From NCBI GenBank assembly GCA_951406725.2, contig OX597827.1:74586001-74650000 (forward strand): 64,000 nt of DNA, in the 5' to 3' direction. Positions 28,216 to 41,689 of the stretch are shown one piece after another (position 1 is the stretch's first letter; each line of letters starts with the position of its first letter). The position numbers and the translations under genes are program-made. A model generated the notes under the pieces. The model had not been told where the DNA came from. It saw nothing but the letters and a program-made list of their open reading frames with translations, and did not search any database. Origin of the DNA: Octopus vulgaris. Taxonomy: Eukaryota.

Positions 28216-28375
28216 ATATATATATATATATATTTATACACTCATGCAGACACAAGTATGCATATACATATTCATACATGCACACACATACATAGATATC
28301 TGTGTATCCATATACATTTATGTACACATGCATATATGTACACACATACATATAGACTCACACCGCCATACACAC

Positions 28376-28456
<81 letters not shown>

Positions 28457-29392
28457 CATACATACCCATACACACACCCAGATATACCACCTTCGATATG
28501 TATCGCATATACTCACCTATATACAGAGTCATATAAATGAATAAATAAATAACGTCTCATGGGCAGACTATTGTAGGGCACGAAACGGGTAAATGTACAC
28601 TGTGTTCAGTTTAAACAGATATATAATACATAAGTTAAGATAAGAGTCACGAAGCGGCGGAAGTAAAATAAACTATATCCGCAGCAGATTTGTAGGGCTT
28701 CATATTTGAGATCTATATGATTTGAGGTGCACATGTGTCCTAATAAATTTGGAATAGTGGTTTCATATATAGGGGACACCTATCGGAAATGAAAACAACG
28801 AATCGGATGTAATAAGAACTGAAATAAAAATTATTTAAATTATTATCAAAGATCTGGTGAAAAATGAAAAATGAAAAACATGGAGTTATAAATATTGTTA
28901 TAAGCTCACGTTATATCTGCATTAAGTATCTAAACCTACGTGAGCGGTTTAAGTTAAGTCGTGAAGGCGCGTGTGTTATATAAAAATATATAAATTACGT
29001 TACATAATTCAAAGCAGAAGTAGAGATTTAAATAAAAACATCTAGAGAGGAAAATACATATGGGGTGAAATGAATAAGAATTAAAGAATACTATAATACT
29101 CTTGTAGGATCAGGTGAGTTGTGAAAAAAAACTATAAATTACAAAATCTACAATACATAAATATATTTAGTTCGTGAGGCTGAAACCTGGAAAAGAATGA
29201 TAGAAAGGCAGGCATCAAGTAGACTAAGAGAAATAAGAAAAGTGGTAGAATATAATTTATAGAAAAAATTATTGGAAAAAATTATAAATTCTAGAATTTT
29301 GGGAACTGAATTTAGAATGGTGGAACGAATTGAACATGGAAGGTCAATGGTGAAACCAAAAAACATGAGTGTGAAGAATAAGCCGGTAAGAG

Positions 29393-29486
29393 CTTCTTCT
29401 TCTTCTTCTTCTTCTTCTTCTTCTTCTTCTTCTTCTTCTTCTTCTTCTTCTTCTTCTTCTTCTTCTTCTTCTTCTTCTTCTTCTCC

Positions 29487-29550
<64 letters not shown>

Positions 29551-29556
29551 CATTAC
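29393..29556. repeat. (TCT)n-(TAT)n compound microsatellite
   Basis: Direct inspection. Confidence 0.95.
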
Positions 29557-29844
29557 TCTTCTCCCTCTTCTACTTCAATTTCGTCTTCTGATCGTTTTCC
29601 TCCAGCATCCTTCCTTTCTCTCTTCTATCATTATACGTATCCCCGCTCTTGATTCCCCCACCCCCGTCACATAATATCTACCCCCACATACTCATCCGCA
29701 TCAACGCTTACTTTTTTTTTTTATCTCCTCCCGATAATTTCCTAACAACAAGATCTGACCAACAAACAGCGCACCTTTCGTGAAAGTCTGATGAGTGATT
29801 CTCCAACGTCTAAAGCGCAAATATTATTCTCTTTTTTTATTCTT

Positions 29845-30260
29845 TTATTTTTTTCACTCATTTGACTGCGGCCATGCTGTAGCACCTCCCTTAGTCGAAC
29901 AAATCGACTCCAGGGCTTATTCTTTGTAAGCTTAACACTTATTTTACCGCTCTCTTTTGCCGAACCGCTATGTTACGGGGACGTAGACACAACGGCATTG
30001 GTTGTCAAAAGATGGTGGGATGACAAACATAGACACATACACACAAACACGCATACACACACAAACACACACACACACATACATATATATATAAACGACG
30101 GGCTTCTTTCAATTTCCGTCTACTCACATATCCACTCACAAACATTTGGTCGGCTCGAGGCTATAGTAGAAGACACTTACTCAAGATGCCATGTAGTGGG
30201 ACTGAACACGGGACTATGTGGTTGGTGAGCAAGCTACTTACCACACAGCCACTCTGCGCC
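29845..30260 (-). mobile_element. tRNA-derived SINE (second family) with a LINE-like 3' tail
   Basis: Minus-strand head GGCGCAGAGTGGCTGTGTGGTAAG..GTTCAGTCCC, internal (TG)n, tail GGAGGTGCTACAGCATGGCCGCAG. Confidence 0.75.
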
Positions 30261-30569
30261 TATTACGTCATTTTTTTCTTTAGAATTTTCGCGTAAACTT
30301 CTTTTGCAAATGGAGACAGTACGGAAACATTAGTCACTTATAATTAAAGATGCGTTACGGAAGTTTTTTGTTTTCTCCTTTTCATTAGGTTATTTACACT
30401 TCGCCAAACCCATATGATGGTGCAATCACAGTGAAACTACACCTGAAGTATGCCGGCTTTAGCCTGAATCCTGACAGTGTTGATAGCCCAGCAGTCAGGC
30501 CGTGTGCTTCTCTGGAAATACCACAGCTTCACACCCAACCTTAGCCACTTGACCTATACCTTATATATA

Positions 30570-30883
30570 TCATCATCATCATCATCATCATTTAGCGTCC
30601 GTTTTCCATGCTAGCATGGGTTGGACGGTTTAACTGGGGTCTGTGAAGCCGGAAGGCTTCATCAGGCCCAGTCAGATTTGGCAGTGTTTCTACGGCTGGA
30701 TGCCCTTCCTAATGCCAACCACTCCGTGAGTGTAGTGGGTGCTTTTTACGTGCCACCGGCACGGGGGCCAGGCGAGGCTGGCAACGGACACAAACGGATG
30801 GTGCTTTTACGTGCTACCGGCACGGGGGCCAGGCGAGGCTGGCAACGGACACGAGCGGATGGTGCTTTTACGTGCCAACGGCA
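30570..30883 (-). mobile_element. RTE-tail-like short retroposon with (GAT)n tail and about 50-bp internal tandem repeats
   Basis: (CAT)n then gtccgttttccatgctagcatgggttggacgg..ggctggatgcccttcctaatgcc; tandem unit ggtgcttttacgtgc..cggcacgggggccaggcgaggctggcaacggacac. A fragment of the same tail is seen near 56900. Confidence 0.6.
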
Positions 30884-30895
30884 TATATATATATA

Positions 30896-30943
<48 letters not shown>

Positions 30944-31329
30944 TGTGTGTATGTACAAGAGTTATAGTATAGAGTAGATACGGTGCGGGCTGCACATGGA
31001 CCATAGCGGCAGGAACCTCAGAAGTGGTAAATATCCTAGCGAGGTGTATACCGCTGGCTTTTCTACAGACCAAGGATATCTTGATTAAATGAAAGTTTAC
31101 ATTGTCGCAAGGAGGTGCAGGTTAACGCATGGAAGATTCAATAAGAATATGTTTAAAGCACAATAGGAGAAGAGAATATAAATGTAGAGAGAAATAAGTA
31201 CTAAAAGAAAAAAGAAATGAAATTATGAGGGAGTGAGAGGAATGAGGAATTTAAGCAAGGTTATTTTATCAGTAGGGCTGTTTTGGCTGAATCACAATAA
31301 ATTCTCGGTAGGGTAGTCGTTTGCGAAAT

Positions 31330-31750
31330 GAGATTCATAATTGGAGAACGAAAGAGCACTTCTCTCCTAACGTTGAAGCGATGTTAATTCCTCCTTTCCA
31401 CAGTTTAATATTGTTTTCCCAGCCTTGGAAGCTTTTGAAATTTCTGTTTGCATCTGTACGTCAATCGTTTAAAATTCTTCTTCATTGCAATTTGCTCTTA
31501 GCCGTATTATTTGGGTTTCCTTTCAAAATTTGTCGAGAGCCATCTTTTCTCAAAGTTTTTGTTGTTGATGGAGTTCATTAGCGATATGTTTTATTTGTAT
31601 GATAGTTTCTTTGGGCGGATGATCGGCTGAGCCATTTTCATTTATTTTTGCTTTGCCATTATTTTTAATGAACTTGCAAAAGGGAAATTTAATGGCTAAG
31701 TGTTTTCGATTGCAGAGGTTTCTTGTTGCAGGTGAATGCTATTTTATTGT
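31330..31750 (-). mobile_element. Decayed Penelope ORF N-terminal remnant
   Basis: Minus-strand translation resembles the 20246-20690 peptide (IRLRANCNEEEF vs LLRLRASTNEEKF). Confidence 0.5.
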
Positions 31751-32610
31751 TCAGTTTTGGGGTTTTGTGTCAGCTTCTAGAGCATCACTGTTTCTATATA
31801 TATGTTTATATTTATATGTATGTATTCTTGCATGTATATGCTTATCTATATATGTATATAGAAACTCTTCTAAATCTACTTATATTGTCACGAAATTCTT
31901 GTTATTCCACGGGGTTAATGACGAAAAGGCAAAGAGAGGTTCCAACATCTACTTGTGGCTACTTCGTCACTTAACTTGGGGAAATTATAATTTTCTAAAG
32001 AGTTACACACGCAATCGAATTACAGCTATAGGTTTGGGTAAACACACACACCCATACACACACGCGCGCGCACGCACGCAACACATACATATTTGAACAT
32101 ACGCACATTTACATGCACGCACACAGAATTATACGTTGCTGACATATGTCACGGAATCTGTATAGATCCACTTAGAAATAAACTTGTACATCCGTGTATA
32201 GATACATTGAAATGGTATAGAGGGCCCTTAATAAGTAGGTATTTCCGTTCTTCCTCTTAGAGGGAGACAAAAAAAATAGCTATTGCATTGTTTTTCTCTA
32301 TTCCGGATATGATTATTGAAAATGTTTATAGTTAATCAGAGACTTATCAGATTTGGTTACTCTTTTGGACATAGAAGTTGTGAGAAATGTCTGCGGTGAA
32401 TGTAATCGGTTTCTGCTGTGGAATCTTATTGATACTTTCAACCAAACAGATTTCTACGTGTATGTTATTATTTTTCTTTTTTCTTTCTTTCTTTTTAATT
32501 ACTGTCTCCATATATGTTGATTACATGATTTAGTGGTAATTAATGCATATCCTAATTATTTGATAATGTAGTTTTGATGTTTCATGTTTTCTCTACGAAG
32601 CCCAGCTCTC

Positions 32611-32641
<31 letters not shown>

Positions 32642-32729
32642 CTTCCCTTCTCCCCCTCTTCTTATATATACATGCACAGATGTATACGCATATACATATA
32701 TACATATTTATATAAATTAAAATATGAAC

Positions 32730-32780
<51 letters not shown>

Positions 32781-32967
32781 TAAACACAAACATACGTACA
32801 TACATGTTGTAACAGACATCTGATTTGAAGCAACTATTTCAGTCTATACTTTCAAATCGATAACTGCTTTTGAAGGAAATTAGTAGACACAACATATACT
32901 GAAATCCTTCTTGTGTACCTGTGTGTGTATGTATTTGCGCTTATGCGCATATATATACACATATATG

Positions 32968-33024
<57 letters not shown>

Positions 33025-33040
33025 ATATATATATATGTGA

Positions 33041-33430
33041 GTGTATACGCCCTTTAACATCAGGTGGAAATTACTGGAACCTTGTGAACCCTATTGCAAT
33101 GGAACAAGACTGTGTAAATTTTGTATGGCAGAAATATATATTATCCTCATGAACTCAAATGAGTCAGGAGGCTACCTGAACACCAGCGTGGAAGCCATGG
33201 GGAGTTGTCCACGTTGTCGGAAATTTTTACTTCAAAATTGGAAAACCTAGCTACCAAGCGAAGGAAGACAACTCGCCCGACCATAATTTTTTAAGAGGAA
33301 TATTTCTTCAACTATCACCGGCGTTCCTGTGTTTAAAAAGCATTCTTTGCAGTGAACAGTTATCGTTTAGAAAAACTGAAGAAATGTCTAGTCCACGCTA
33401 GATATTAAACCAATGGTTTTTTTTTTCCAA
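33041..33430 (+). mobile_element. Penelope-like GIY-YIG C-terminal remnant with a decayed hammerhead
   Basis: FNIRWKLL..CEPYCNG..CKFC..E..LNT..CPR resembles the 17797 ORF; hammerhead-like motif at 33370-33427. Confidence 0.7.
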
Positions 33431-33523
33431 AACTATTACGTTACACATACAAATGTATATGCGTGTGTGCGTGTGTTTATACACTCACGCACACAGACAC
33501 AGATAGATAGATAAGTAGATAAG

Positions 33524-33603
<80 letters not shown>

Positions 33604-34489
33604 TAGAAAGAGAAAGAGAGAAGGCGAGAGAGATAGGCATACATACATATATGAATAAATTGTTTCTGTGTGTGTATGTGTGTATTTATCTGTGAACCTG
33701 TTTGTAAGACTATCAACGTTTTTACCGGCTCACAAAAATGCGTTTTCTCTGAGTTTATGTCCCCTGTCCTAGCGTTGCCATAACATAATATCGCTACAAT
33801 AAGTACATGATTTTAAAAAATGAAAAAAAAAATACAAGAAAATACTAGAGTTTGGTATAAATATTTATAAACCCCGTTACAGCGGTCCACTAGTAAATAT
33901 AGTTACAATTTAGTGAAAATGTAAATACATATGCCTTTGTATATATAACATAATATAATATATATGGATATGTATGCACACACTCACATATGTATATATA
34001 CTAGAATGAAAAATGCGAGCAAGAAATAAACAGGGAAATAACATGTAACAAAAACATCTTTAAATGATTATTGGGGAGCATATTCACCATCTACTTCAAT
34101 TACTGCTTCCAATTAAAAAATTGCAGCTGAGATAAAATTTGAATGGGTTGCAAATTAAATAAAATATTCAAAGAAGACAAGCTATTCAATACTGATCGAC
34201 CATCTTTCAGTCAAGTAGTAGGTCAAAAATAAAAGAAAAAGCTTAAAATGCTACAGCTAAATTTAAAATTCGATTCATGATTCTTTATTTATTATTAAGA
34301 CAATTTATTTTCTTTTAATATATTTAACTGCATGAAAGTAAAGTATAATAATTTTGCCGAAAATAAAACCAAGAAAATATTTAATTACTTAAATAGGCTT
34401 AAGTTTACTATAGTCAAACATTTAGATTATTTTTCTTACGGCTGCTTCTTAATAGGGACACTACTGCAGCCTTGCAGTTTTTGCACCAA

Positions 34490-35345
34490 CTTTTGACTAC
34501 TTAAAGTAGCATAACTTTTTTCTATCAAACATCTTTCAACGAGGTATTCACCCAAAGATTCTACTCATCGAGTTTTTTAAAAAAAGTACAATTGAAGTAT
34601 AGTTTTGCTTTTCAAATAATTGAGTAATTACGAATCTAAGTAAATATCAGGCATTACTCTCCCATTTTTGGGCCTACATTTTTTTATTATAACTTTTCTC
34701 TCCTCTGAACCAGAATTCGATTATTTTATGTCAAAATGTAGCTTACTACAAGTCCATCATAGTGCAAAAACCGAATTAATATTGAGCTTATCTGAATTAA
34801 AGGAAAAGCATTGGATTGGCCGCGAGTGAGTAAAGGTTGGAAACAACAAATTATCACTTTTTTCCAAATATTTTTTAAAGAGATTTTCACCAAAAAAGAT
34901 TCTACTCATCGAGTTCATTTAAAAAGATATCTAAATATAGTTTACTTTTGAAACACCTGACATATTTTGATTTTAGGCATCACTTACCAAGTTTGTGGCT
35001 ACTTAAAAGCTGCATGACATTTTTCTATCAAATATCTTTTAAAGAGGTGTCAGCAAAAGATTATACTCATCGAATTCTTTCCAAAAGATATAACTGAAGT
35101 GAAGTTTGCTTTACAAATAACCGAGAAGTTACCAGTCAAATAAAATATCAGGCGTCACTCTCCCATTTTTGGCCCTACTATTTTATTACAACAGTTTTTC
35201 TACTCAACCAAGCTTCGATTTTTTAATGTCAAAATGTAGATTGCCTCTGGCTCATCATAATGCAAAAACCGATTTAAGATTGAGCTAAAACTGTATTAGG
35301 GGTAAAGCGTCAAAATAGCTGCGAATGAGTAAAAGTTGACCTTAA
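34490..35345. repeat. Diverged direct repeat (about 350-bp units about 500 bp apart) ending in CCTTAA; possible non-autonomous TTAA-type DNA transposon
   Basis: 34491-34840 is similar to 34991-35340; motif aaagatt(c/a)tactcatcga occurs three times. Confidence 0.6.
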
Positions 35346-35532
35346 GAATATTCTTCACAAACCGTTTATCTGTTTATTTCCTTATATTCCTCTCTGCTGA
35401 AGAGCGTAGGCTCGAAACCTAAAAGACGGTTTCATTTTTCCCGAGCGTCAAATTAAATAAACTGCTTGTTGTTCATACACCGGTCTCCGTCTTCTGGTTT
35501 TCTATAAATTTCAACTATATATATATATATAT

Positions 35533-35830
35533 ATTGTAATATTTCGGAATGGTCATATTGCCAGTTTAGCCAATAAAAACACACGCATTATATATTTGGT
35601 GTTATTTTGCTTCAGTGTTATTTATTTTTTACATTAATCTTAATCTTATTTCGGCCAGAGTTCTTTCGTCACACTCCTGTGACCGCATCAGTGGTTCTTT
35701 GTTTTCTTCTTTCTTATTTGTGTCTCTCCTTACTAACCGTCAGCCATTTTGTATTTCTATTGTATGTCTTCATTTGCGCATGCTTATATCTCTATGTGCG
35801 TCTATGTTTATTTAGTGTGTGTATGTGGGG
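35533..35830 (-). repeat. Dispersed (TA)n-associated repeat, probably a solo PLE pseudo-LTR; copies at 27005-27170, 41522-41565 and 63585-63860
   Basis: Near-identical atttcggaatggtcatattgccagtttagccaataaaaacac.. in all copies; contains a hammerhead-like fold on the minus strand. Confidence 0.8.
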
Positions 35831-36013
35831 GGATGCCTGTAATATTTGTATCTTCTGTTTATATACGTTCATGTAATTTGTATTTTGTTTTTGTTGTTTT
35901 TGTTTATTCTTATTTTGTTCATGTGTTTACATTCACTTATTATTATCATTACATATACTTGTATGTATGTATGTATAACGACAATACTAGTAATAATAAT
36001 AATAAATCGAATC

Positions 36014-36082
<69 letters not shown>

Positions 36083-36159
36083 GTTATTTATTTCTTTTTG
36101 TTTATTTATCTGTGTATTTATTATGTTTTGCAGAGACTGTTGAAATCAGATAATGTATG

Positions 36160-36570
36160 ACAATCTAAATACCGCGATAGAGGTTTCAATGCTGCTGTCA
36201 TTTATCTTGACTTCAGTAAAACATTCGATAGAGTAGGCCATAACATTCTGCTAGAAATTTTATCCCACACCGGTGTCTGGAGAAAGCTATTTACAGTTGA
36301 TTTAGTATTTACTGAAAAACATAAGACTATATACTCTGATTGATGCAATTTACTCTAGACAACAAATATTTAAACGTACATATATATATATATTGGCCTG
36401 TTCGCTTAGCCAGCGGGGTGGCGTCATTCGAAGGCTAAAACAATGCGAACACATTGTGACCAGCGATGTGTAACATCTGATGGACTGGTCGGTCACGTGA
36501 TATCACGTGACGTGATATATATATATATATAGATAGATAGATAGAGAGAGAGAGGGATATATATATATAT

Positions 36571-36660
<90 letters not shown>

Positions 36661-36994
36661 CGGATTGTTTCATGTATGTTCCATTAAATGTTCACTTGAA
36701 TACATTCAGAAACATAGATTCATTATAATGTTTGCTTTTTTTAAAATTCACTGTAGTTGATTTTTATAAATAATAAAACGGTATTTTTATAAATAATAAA
36801 CAGAAGTGGATCCAACACAATACTCTGAGCAACATCACAAATGCTTTTTGCTTGTCTAGAGTAAATTGCATCAATCGGGGTATATAGTCTTATGTTTTTC
36901 AGTAAATACTAAATCAACTGTAAATAGCTTTCTCCAGACACCGGTGTGGGATAAAATTTCTAGCAGAATGTTATGGCCTACTCTATCGAATGTT
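36160..36994. repeat. Inverted duplication (about 143 bp arms: 36220-36362 and 36853-36994) of an old LINE RT fragment
   Basis: Arms are reverse-complementary; the fragment encodes IYLDFSKTFDRVGHNILL and, on the right arm, ..IVLDPLLFIIY. Confidence 0.85.
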
Positions 36995-39900
36995 AGTTAG
37001 TTAGTTAGTTAATTTGGCTCAAAAAGCAAAAAGCAAGGCCATGTAGGGGGACATGGAGTTAAGTACAGGGTGGTGTTCATGTAAAGAGTTCAGGCCACTT
37101 GAGGTCCAGGGAGGCTTTGAACAAAGCGGTCGTCGGCATCTTCACCATCTCGTCTGGCAGCTTGTTCCACGGATCCGCAACCCGGACGGAGAAAGCTCCT
37201 CTCCTTCGATTGAGATGAAATCGTCGCAGGTAGAGCTTTTCGGAATGACCCCGCAGCCGACGCTCTGGAGCAGGAGTGAAGAACAGCTCTTTCGAGAGGT
37301 TACACTTTCCGCTTATGATGTTGTGGGCGAGAATGAGATCACCACGGCGGCGGCGTTTTTCAAGAGAATAAAGGTCGAGCGTCCTCAGCCTTTCTTCGTA
37401 GGACAAATTTTTGAGACCATGAACCAGGCGGGTAGCCAGCTTCTGGACTCTTTCGAGATGCTGTATGTCTTTGAGGAGATAAGGAGAAGAGGCTTGAATC
37501 CCATACTCCAATATGGGTCTCACCAGCGTGACATAGAATGGTAGGAATATGGCTGCCGTGAGCATTCCGAATGACCGTCGAATCAAGAACAGAATTCCGC
37601 GTGCTTTGTTGGCAGCATGGACGCACTGGGCCGAAGGCGAAAAGGAGGAATCCACCAAGATACCCAGGTCCTTTACCTGATCGGTCCTCTCCAGCAGCAG
37701 ACGACCCGGCTCGAAATCAAGTTGAGTTGCAGGAGTAGAGCCGACAGGCAGATGACAGCACTTTGACACGTTCAGACACAGGTCCCAATCGTTAGACCAC
37801 TTCCAAATTTGGTGGAGGCATCGACGAAGATCCTCTATATTACCGCGAGGAGCGACCAGTTTGATATCGTCGGCAAATAGAAGGGTGTGTTGCGTGAGGT
37901 CGTCGGGCAAGTCATTTATGAAGACTAACAACAACAAAGGCCCAAGCACTGAACCTTGAGGCACGCCACTGCTCGCACTGGAGACGTCGGACCGCGAACC
38001 ATTAACTTGGACTTGGAAGGAGCGATCTGAGAGGAAGGCACCAACCCATCGTATAATATCCGGATGGAAACTATATGCTTGAAGCTTGACAAGTAATAGG
38101 CGGTGGTTTACCGAGTCAAAAGCTTTGGCAAAGTCCAATAAAACGATGTCAACAGAATCACTATCATCGAGGATGCGCGTCACCAATTCTTCCATTACTA
38201 GTAAGTTGGTCAAGCATGATCTCTTCGGCACGAAGCCGTGTTGGGAATCAGAGATAGAGGCTGTGTTTAGTAGGTGGAGCATCATACTTTTCTTAAGGAT
38301 GGTTTCGAACATCTTGCTGATTATTGATGTAAGGGAAACCGGTCGGTAGTTAAGCGGGTCTTCGCGGCTCCCTTTCTTGAAAATTGGGCAGATTATCGCT
38401 GTTCTCCAGTCTGCATGTATAACACCCGTCGCCAATGACATATTAAATAGTCGTGTTAAGGGCTCGCAGATGACAGGAGCCAACGCTTTGATAACCCGTG
38501 GGTGTATGCCGTCAGAGCCGTGACCCTTGTTGACATCGAGGCCGTGAATAACACGTTTGACTTCGTCCCGCGTGATGATCAATCGAAGCATTGGAGGTAC
38601 CGATCTATCAAATGGAGGGGGTTCACGACCATCATCTTGTTTGAAAATAGTTGAAAAAGCCTCGGCAAATAATTGACTCTGTTGATAAGGGTCCTCAATC
38701 GATACACCTGTTGAATCTACCAACGTTGCAATCTGGTTGTTCAAGCGGGAATTCCGCTGGACATGGGCAAAGAAGGTTTTTGGATTGCTACTGGCATTTG
38801 CCGCGATTTTGTATTCATAACCGAAGCGTTCTTTCTTTTCAATTTTCACGGCTCGGTCTCGTTGAGTTTTGTACACCTCAAAAGCTGCAGTCGAATCTAG
38901 ATTTTTGAATTCAGCCCAAGCAATATCTCTGAGTCGACGTTCTCGTTTAACCTTCTTCGTCACCCAGGGCTTGTGTTTCTTCTTCTTGGGAAGCCCAACG
39001 GGAACTGCCTGGTCAGTCAAACAGATTACATATGCTTTGACCATAGTTCGTCAACAGAGGACAACGTCATCAGGGATCGCCAGTCCAGAAGCGCGGAAGC
39101 CTCGGTTAGAATTTCAAGATTAATTGCAGAGAAGACTCTACGTGGCAGCGAAGTAGTCGTGGGCGTAGAAAAAGTTGTGTGCATGACGAACTTCAGGACC
39201 GCATGATCACTCTTGGCAAGAGGGGCGCACACAGATACGTCTGACACTGATCTTGGATAGCGGGAGAATACCAGATCTAGCATAGATGGCTGCTGCCCAG
39301 ACCGATGCCTTGTCGGATATTCAACATGTTGCGATAGAAAACAATCTTCAGCCACGTCAAGAAGGGCCTGGCCGAAACGGGAAGATGTTGTACAAATTGA
39401 TGCGGGCCAATCGATCGTGGGAGCGTTGAAGTCTCCTAGTACCAAACAGTCATGCGAAGCTGAAACGAATCTTATCGCTTCGAGTAAATGAGCATCGTCC
39501 TGGGGGCCGGCAAGAGGCGGCCTGTAGACAGCCAACACGGGCAGGCAAAATTCAGATAGGCTCAGCTTGCAATAGACGGCATCGAATTTTGTTGTAGGTT
39601 GAGCATTAGTGGGTAGAATACCGCTGGACGGTTTGTGCTCAGACTTAACATACACAGCAACACCTCCACCTCGCCTTTTTCCTCTGTCACATCTGAAAAG
39701 GACGTAGCCCTGCAGGTGGATTTCTGAGTCCTTTGCAGCTGGAGTCAGCCAAGTCTCAGTGATAGCTATCACATCAGGGGAGTCACGTATGACCAGTGTA
39801 AATAGTTCACTGAACTTTGGGAATAAGGAGCACGAGTTGGTGTAGACGATGCTGAGCTGTGAAGTCTGAGGGGCGGGAGTTGGGGAACAAGCAGAATAAG

Positions 39901-41400
39901 GGGTATCAGAGATAGCATCGTTGACAGGGGTATCAACTTCACTTCGATCTGCCCTCACATCACTTTCCCTGTCAGCACTACAGCATGGGACCAGAGGTAG
40001 GACTTGATTATCTGTCCATCTTGGATTCGTAAACCCTTCTCTCCCATTTGTTTCCTCGTCTTTAGTTCGGATATTAGGTTCCTCCGGCGAATTCTCTCTC
40101 TTAGTGAGTATTCCTCGCGAAAACCCATATTGGGGTCCTCCCAGGCATGCGTCTGAGCTCTGTTCAGAAAGACTGAAGCCTCCCGATCGGAGGAGAAGAT
40201 TACCCTTATTGGGCGTGGTCTAGTATCCGAGGTTGGGTTCGCTTGGAATCTTCCTAGCCGAGCGACCTTATGGACACTGACATTTTCGTTCACAGAGAAC
40301 AATTTTCCAACTAAAATGGAAACAAAATTAATGTCATCTTTTAGGCGGTTTATGCCTGTATCACAGGTGGATTCAGCTTAACCATAAATTATTGCTGATC
40401 TTGAGTGGGCAAAATGTTCTCTACTATGAGCTGCGGTATTCGATTCTTCATTGGAAGATTTCGAAAGGGTGGTTTCATAGCCATCGGACTTATGTCGGCC
40501 TGTGGGGTCGATCGGAATGGGTTTAGTGGTCATAATTTTCCCGCCTGGTTTGGAACTGCACTGCCTCTTCTTCGGTTTGGGGGAGCACCACTCCCCAGAT
40601 GAACTCACATCGAGATCGTTCAGAATTGGTTGAGCAATGGCATTAATGGGAAGGACAAGTGAGGGAGAATCCAAACAGATTTTATCGTGATCAGGTTTCA
40701 TAGCTAAATCTGCCCCACTGGAGTTTTGACTACGTTTCTTCTTTTGGGGAGAACAACGGTCCTCAGGTGGGTTTGAGTCTACGCTCCTCAAATTAGGTTG
40801 GGGAACCTCCGGGACCGAAAAGGCAGATGAGGAAGAATCCGCACAGGAACGATCTTGTGCAGAAACGGCCGCCGGTTCCTTCGCCTTCTTTGGCCGCTTC
40901 GACTTTGTTCCCTTCGGTTTGGACGTCTCCAGGGAAGAAATCAAGGGTGACTCTGCGTCAACAGGAGACTGTTTATCGTGGTCAGGTTTCATAGCTAAAT
41001 CTGCCCCATTGGAGTTTTGACGACGTTTCTTCTTTTGGGGAGAACAACGGTCTTCAGGTGGGTTTGAGTCTACGCTCCTCAAATTAGGTTGGGGAACCTC
41101 CGGGACCGAAAAGGCAGATGAGGAAGAATCCGCACAGGAACGATCATGTGCAGAAACGACCGCTGGTTCCTTCGCCTTCTTTGGCCGCTTCGATTTTGTT
41201 GTCTCCAAGGAAGAAATCAAGGGTGACTCTGCGTCAGCAGGAGACTGTTTATTCAGTAAGAGAGCAACAACAGACTTTAGGTGCTCGACCTCTGAATGTT
41301 TTACTGAAGTCAAGATAAAGGACAGCAGCATTGAAACCTCTATCGCGGTATTTAGATTGTCATACATTATCTGATTTCAACAGTCTCTGCAAAAATGAAG
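36993..41400 (-). mobile_element. Near full-length CR1-group LINE (ORF1 + APE-RT ORF2) with (TAAC)n tail
   Basis: ORF1 40378..41367 and 39955..40302; APE 39026..39958 (ITETW, VYRPP, LGDFN, SDH); RT 37077..39044 (FADD); one frameshift near 39030-39044. The 5' end is approximate. Confidence 0.95.
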
Positions 41401-41556
41401 GCTATGCTGGCTTTCGTGTATTTATGGTCACAGGCGTGGATGTCATATATTCATATACTCATATATGTATGTATTCACGTAGATACTCCGAAATTTTGTG
41501 AGTAGATCTAGTGTATACAGATATTGGCTAAACTGGCAAAATGACCATTCCTAAAT

Positions 41557-41620
<64 letters not shown>

Positions 41621-41689
41621 GAATATAAGAATATAATCCCATTAATGATTTTTATCAGATTTTTATATCAGCATGCTATAAAAAATTTA

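Noticed and set aside
33660-33893. Possible second Helitron-like element ending CCGTTACAGCGG..CACTAG
   Set aside because: The hairpin is weak and the 5' end is undefined; not enough support.
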